From: Octopus sinensis
Taxonomy: Eukaryota
NCBI RefSeq assembly: GCF_006345805.1
Contig: NC_043025.1
Span: forward strand, 13,888,001 to 13,952,000
DNA: 64,000 bases
Direction of reading: 5' to 3'
In this document: piece after piece, positions 60,001 through 64,000 of the stretch
Position numbering within the stretch: position 1 is the stretch's first letter
Layout of the letters: the number at the start of each line of letters is the position of its first letter
Made by a program: the position numbers and the translations under genes
The notes under the pieces: generated by a model
What the model was told of the DNA's origin: nothing
The model's database searches: none
The model's input: the letters and a program-made list of their open reading frames with translations, nothing else

Positions 60001-60832
60001 TATATGTGTGTGTGTTTGTATTTGTGTTTGCCCCCCCCCCCAGCATTGCTTGACAACCAATGCTGGAGTGTTTACATTCCTGTAACTTAGCGGTTCGGCA
60101 AAAGAGACTGATAGAATAGGTACTGGGCTTACAAAGAATAGGTCCTGGGGGTCGATTTGCTTGACTAAAGGCAGTGCTCCGGCATGGCCACAGTCAAATG
60201 ACTGAAACAAGTAAAAGAGTGTGTGTGTAGGTGCATGGCTTAGTGGTTAGAGTGTTGGACTCCTCATAAAATTGTGGTTTCAATTCCTGGACCCGGCAAT
60301 GCATTGTGTTTTGAGCAAAATACTTCACTACACATTGCTCCAGTCTACTCAGCTGTAGAAACGAGTTTAGCCTGGAGAGGAAAGGGCCCCACCAGGCTTC
60401 CTTGCCTTAGATATACACTGCATGGCTGCAGTTCTCTTGGTTGGTGTTCATTTTCCCAGCTAAACAGACTGGAGCAATCTAAACTAAAATACCTGGATCA
60501 AGGAAACAACCTGTAGCTGATTCCAGGAAATTGTGAGCCATGCAGCCCACCTCTCTTTCTCTCTCTCACACACACACACACACACACTCACGCACCTGTA
60601 GCCATCTGTTTAATGGCATTTAGTGTCAGGGTGACGCTGTAATTGCCATGTTGGAGACACGTGGTGTGATTGTGACGTTGACAGGCTGTTCATTCACACA
60701 GCAAAAGACAAACTAAACGTTGTCGAGAGGGCAAAAGCAACATCTGTCTTGGATAATTACAGGGACTAAATAGCGAACAGCAGCTGGGGGGAAGAGGGAG
60801 TTTATTGATTTTGGATATTAATATATCAATTA

Positions 60833-61620
60833 TGGCGGCGAGCTGGCAGAAACGTTAGCACGCCGGGCAAAATGCTTTGTGGTATTTCATCTGTCTTTAC
60901 GTTCTGAGTTCAAATTCTGCCGAGGTCAGCTTTGACTTTCTTCCTTTCAGGGTCGATAAATTAAGTACCAGTTACGCACTGGGGTCGATGTAATTGACTT
61001 AATCTATTTGTCTGTCCTTGTTTGTCGCCTCTATGTTTAGCCCCTTGTGGGCAATAAAGAAATATATATATATATATAGGTGCAGGAGTGGCTGTGTGGT
61101 AAGTAGCTTGTTTACCAAACACATGGCTCTGGGTTCAGTCCCACTGCGTGGCTCCTTGGACAAGTGTCTTCTACTATAGCCCTGGGCCGACCAAAGCCTT
61201 GTGAGTGGATTTGGTAGACGGAAACTGAAAGAAGCCCATCGTATATATGTATATATGTGTGTGTTTGTGTGTCTGTGTTTGTCCGCCTAGCATTTCTTGA
61301 CAACCGATGCTGGTGTGTACACAAATTATTATCTATTTGGCCAGTTTTGGAAAGGGATGTGAATACTTAAGGACAATGCTTCTACTTTCACTTGTTTCAG
61401 TCATTAGACTGCGGCCAGGCTGGGGCACTGCTTTGAAGAATTTTTAGTTGAATGCATCGACCCCAATATTTATGATGATTTATGTAACTTAGCGGTTCGG
61501 CAAAAGAGACCGATAGAATAAGTACTGGGCTTACAAAAGAATAAGTCCCGGGGTCGAGTTGCTCGATTGAAGGCGGTGCTCCAGCATGGCCGCAGTCAAA
61601 TGACTGAAACAAGTAAAAGA
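60833..61620 (+). mobile_element. SINE B followed by SINE A copies
   Basis: Family-diagnostic heads at about 60833 and 61079, with a 3' half at about 61485. Confidence 0.82.
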
Positions 61621-61654
<34 letters not shown>

Positions 61655-62041
61655 CTATACACTTGATGTTATCTCATCTCTCGTCCTTTCTCTATTATTT
61701 TGTTGCTTCTCTCTCTCTGTCCCCTATATTCCTTGCTCCCATTTTCGTCTCTTTGTCCTTCTCTTACACTTTTCCCACTTTCCCTCTCTCTCTCTCTCTC
61801 TCTGTCCCCTGTATTCCCTGCTTCCATTTCTCTGTCTCCCTCTGTTTGCCACCCCTTACTCTTCTCGCTCTCCTCTATATTTCTCGCTTAGATTTAATTC
61901 CTCAACAACTCTCCACCCTTTATCCTTCATAATCCTCAACATCACAACCCTGCAGTCCTTAATCTCTCTCTCCACGACCACAGGGGTCGCAATCAACATG
62001 TCGTTGCCCTTCATCAACATTATCTATTCTTCAATTTCCAG

Positions 62042-62237
62042 ATCTACAGCCCTGACGGCAAAGTAATCCACACGGGTGACAGGGAGTCCAATGGCAAGTA
62101 CACCTTTGCAGCACACATGGACGGCACCTACAAGTACTGCTTCAGCAACAAGATGTCTACGATGACCCCTAAAGTCGTGATGTTCAGTGTAGACATTGGT
62201 GAGAAGCCCAAGGACACAAACAACATGGACACCGATT
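62042..62237 (+). CDS. TMED2: TMED2 coding exon 2 ([65 protein letters not shown]); gene continues beyond the window
   Basis: ttccag| acceptor, phase 0, and t|gtgagt donor, phase 1. [25 protein letters not shown] is the TMED2 GOLD signature. Confidence 0.97.
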
Positions 62238-62261
62238 GTGAGTTAATTTATATTTTAATAA

Positions 62262-62992
62262 CCCTTTCGTTACCAACCCGGCTGAAACCCGGCTCTGGCT
62301 CTTTAGTACAAATGTCTTGTTTTCATAAGTTCTGGATTAAAATCTTCCACCAAACCTTAGTCACAATTTATGTTCCTAACACTAGCTGAATGATAACTAA
62401 GTTATTTTACTAAATTCTTTGTTATATTTAAAATTAATTGAAAAAAACACAGAGCATCTCAAAATAAATACGGTAACAAAAGGGTTAGCATATATAATAG
62501 AGAAACAATTCTTAACCCTTTTGATACCAACCTGGTTGAAACCACCTCTGGCTCTGTAGTACAAATGTCTTGTTTTCATAAGTTCTGAATTAAAATCTTC
62601 CACCAAACCTTAGTCACAATTTATGTTCCTAACACTAGCTTAATGATAACTAAGTTATTTGACTAAATTCTTTGTTATATTTAAAACAATTGAAAGAAAC
62701 ACAGAGCATCTCAGCAGAAGAAATATGGTACCAAAAGGGTTAAGATTTATAATAGAGAAACAATTCTTAACCCTTTTGATACCAACCTGGTTGAAACCAC
62801 CTCTGGCTCTGTAGTACAAATGTCTTGTTTTCATAAGTTTTGAATTAAAATCTTCCACCAAACCTTAGTCACAATTTATGTTCCTAACACTAGCTTAATG
62901 ATAACTAAGTTATTTTACTAAATTCTTTGTTATATTTAAAATGAATTGAAAGAAACACAGAGAATCTCAAAATAAATACAGTAACGAAAGGG
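62262..62992. mobile_element. Three tandem ~225-bp piggyBac-like MITEs (62262-62484, 62516-62739, 62771-62992)
   Basis: Each runs CCCTTT...AAAGGG with ~13-bp TIRs. Copies 2 and 3 are flanked by TTAA; copy 1 has ATAA/TTAG. Confidence 0.8.
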
Positions 62993-63884
62993 TTAACCCT
63001 TTGATCTCAGATTTCTCTGTCAAATGTAAATCTTATTTATCAGGATTGTGGAGTCGAAACAAAACAACTTTGACTCTGACTCCCCTGCTATTGGCACCTC
63101 TGACTCAAATGTGTAATTAAGTGAAAACCATGCCATGTCGGACTGGATCCTGGTGTAGCCTTCCAGCGTGCCAGCCCAGTCATAATGTCCAGCCCGTGCC
63201 AGCGTGGACAAGGGACAGTAAATGGTTCATGATATGATGCTAAGTGGCATTTCTGAGTTCAAATTCCTCCAAGGTCAACTTGGCATCTCATCCTTTTGGG
63301 GGTCAATAAATTAAGTACCAGTTGAGCACTGGGGTCGATGTAATCAACTTTGCATGTCATCCTTTTGGGGGTCAATAAATTAAGTACCAGTTGAGCACTG
63401 GGGCCGATGTAATCAACTTTGCGCTCCCTACAAATTTCAGGCCTTGTGCCTAAGGATTATTTAAGGTAGCAAGCTGACAGAATCGTTACCACACCAGATG
63501 TGATGCTAAGTGGCATTTCTGAGTTCAAATTCCTCCGAGGTCGACTTTGCATCTCATCCTTTTGGGGGTCAATAAATTAAGTACCAGTACAGCACTGGGG
63601 GTCGATGCAATCTACTTGTCCCTTCCACCAAAAATTCCTGGCCTTGTGCAACGAGCTGGCAGAATCATTAGCATGCACGACAAAATACCGAACATCATTT
63701 TGTCTGTCTTCATGTTTCAAGTTCAAATCCTGGCAAGATTGACTTTGCCTTTCATCCTTTTGGGGTCAATTAACATAAGTACCAGTTGAGCATTGGGATA
63801 ATGTAATTTGTTGACCCCTACCCTTAAAATTATAGGCCTTGTGCAGACACGAGAAAGAATTATCATTTTTACTATTTTACTATA

Positions 63885-64000
63885 GGTGCAGGCATGGCTG
63901 TGTGGTAAGAAGCTTGCTTCCCAACCACATGGTTCCAGGTTCAGTCCCACTGCGTGGCACCCTGGGCCTCAAGCCGACCAAAGCCTTGTGAGTGGATTTG
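63885..64000 (+). mobile_element. SINE family A 5' part (truncated by the window edge)
   Basis: gtgcaggcatggctgtgtggtaag head. Confidence 0.8.

Overview
AT-rich, intron-rich eukaryotic DNA packed with (TA)n/(GATA)n/(GGT)n microsatellites and tRNA-derived SINEs; the repeat landscape suggests an octopod cephalopod (Octopus-like; inference). Three host genes can be reconstructed by hand. (1) A complete 18-coding-exon TBCCD1 orthologue on the minus strand (33448->12745; 1725 nt, 574 aa; every junction GT-AG and phase-consistent). (2) TMED2/p24-beta exons 1-2 on the plus strand (50988-51182, 62042-62237), continuing off the right edge. (3) The first coding exon of an uncharacterised HAD-superfamily (DFDQT) protein on the minus strand (1137->836), continuing off the left edge. 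An unexplained intronless 106-aa acidic ORF (41871-42191,+) lies between TBCCD1 and TMED2. Mobile DNA comprises three tRNA-SINE families, RTE and CR1 LINE 3' ends, a fragmented Penelope-like element, a DD37D (maT) transposase remnant with nested insertions, a non-autonomous Helitron, piggyBac-like MITEs and a TA-flanked MITE. The most unusual signals are five minimal type I hammerhead-ribozyme-like motifs with non-canonical cores (two are mirror copies inside a perfect 123-bp inverted repeat, one lies sense in a TBCCD1 intron), several long hairpins in introns, and splice/translation oddities in TBCCD1 (in-frame uORF ending in UAG, two competing donors). All homology calls are from memory of protein and repeat families; no searches were run.
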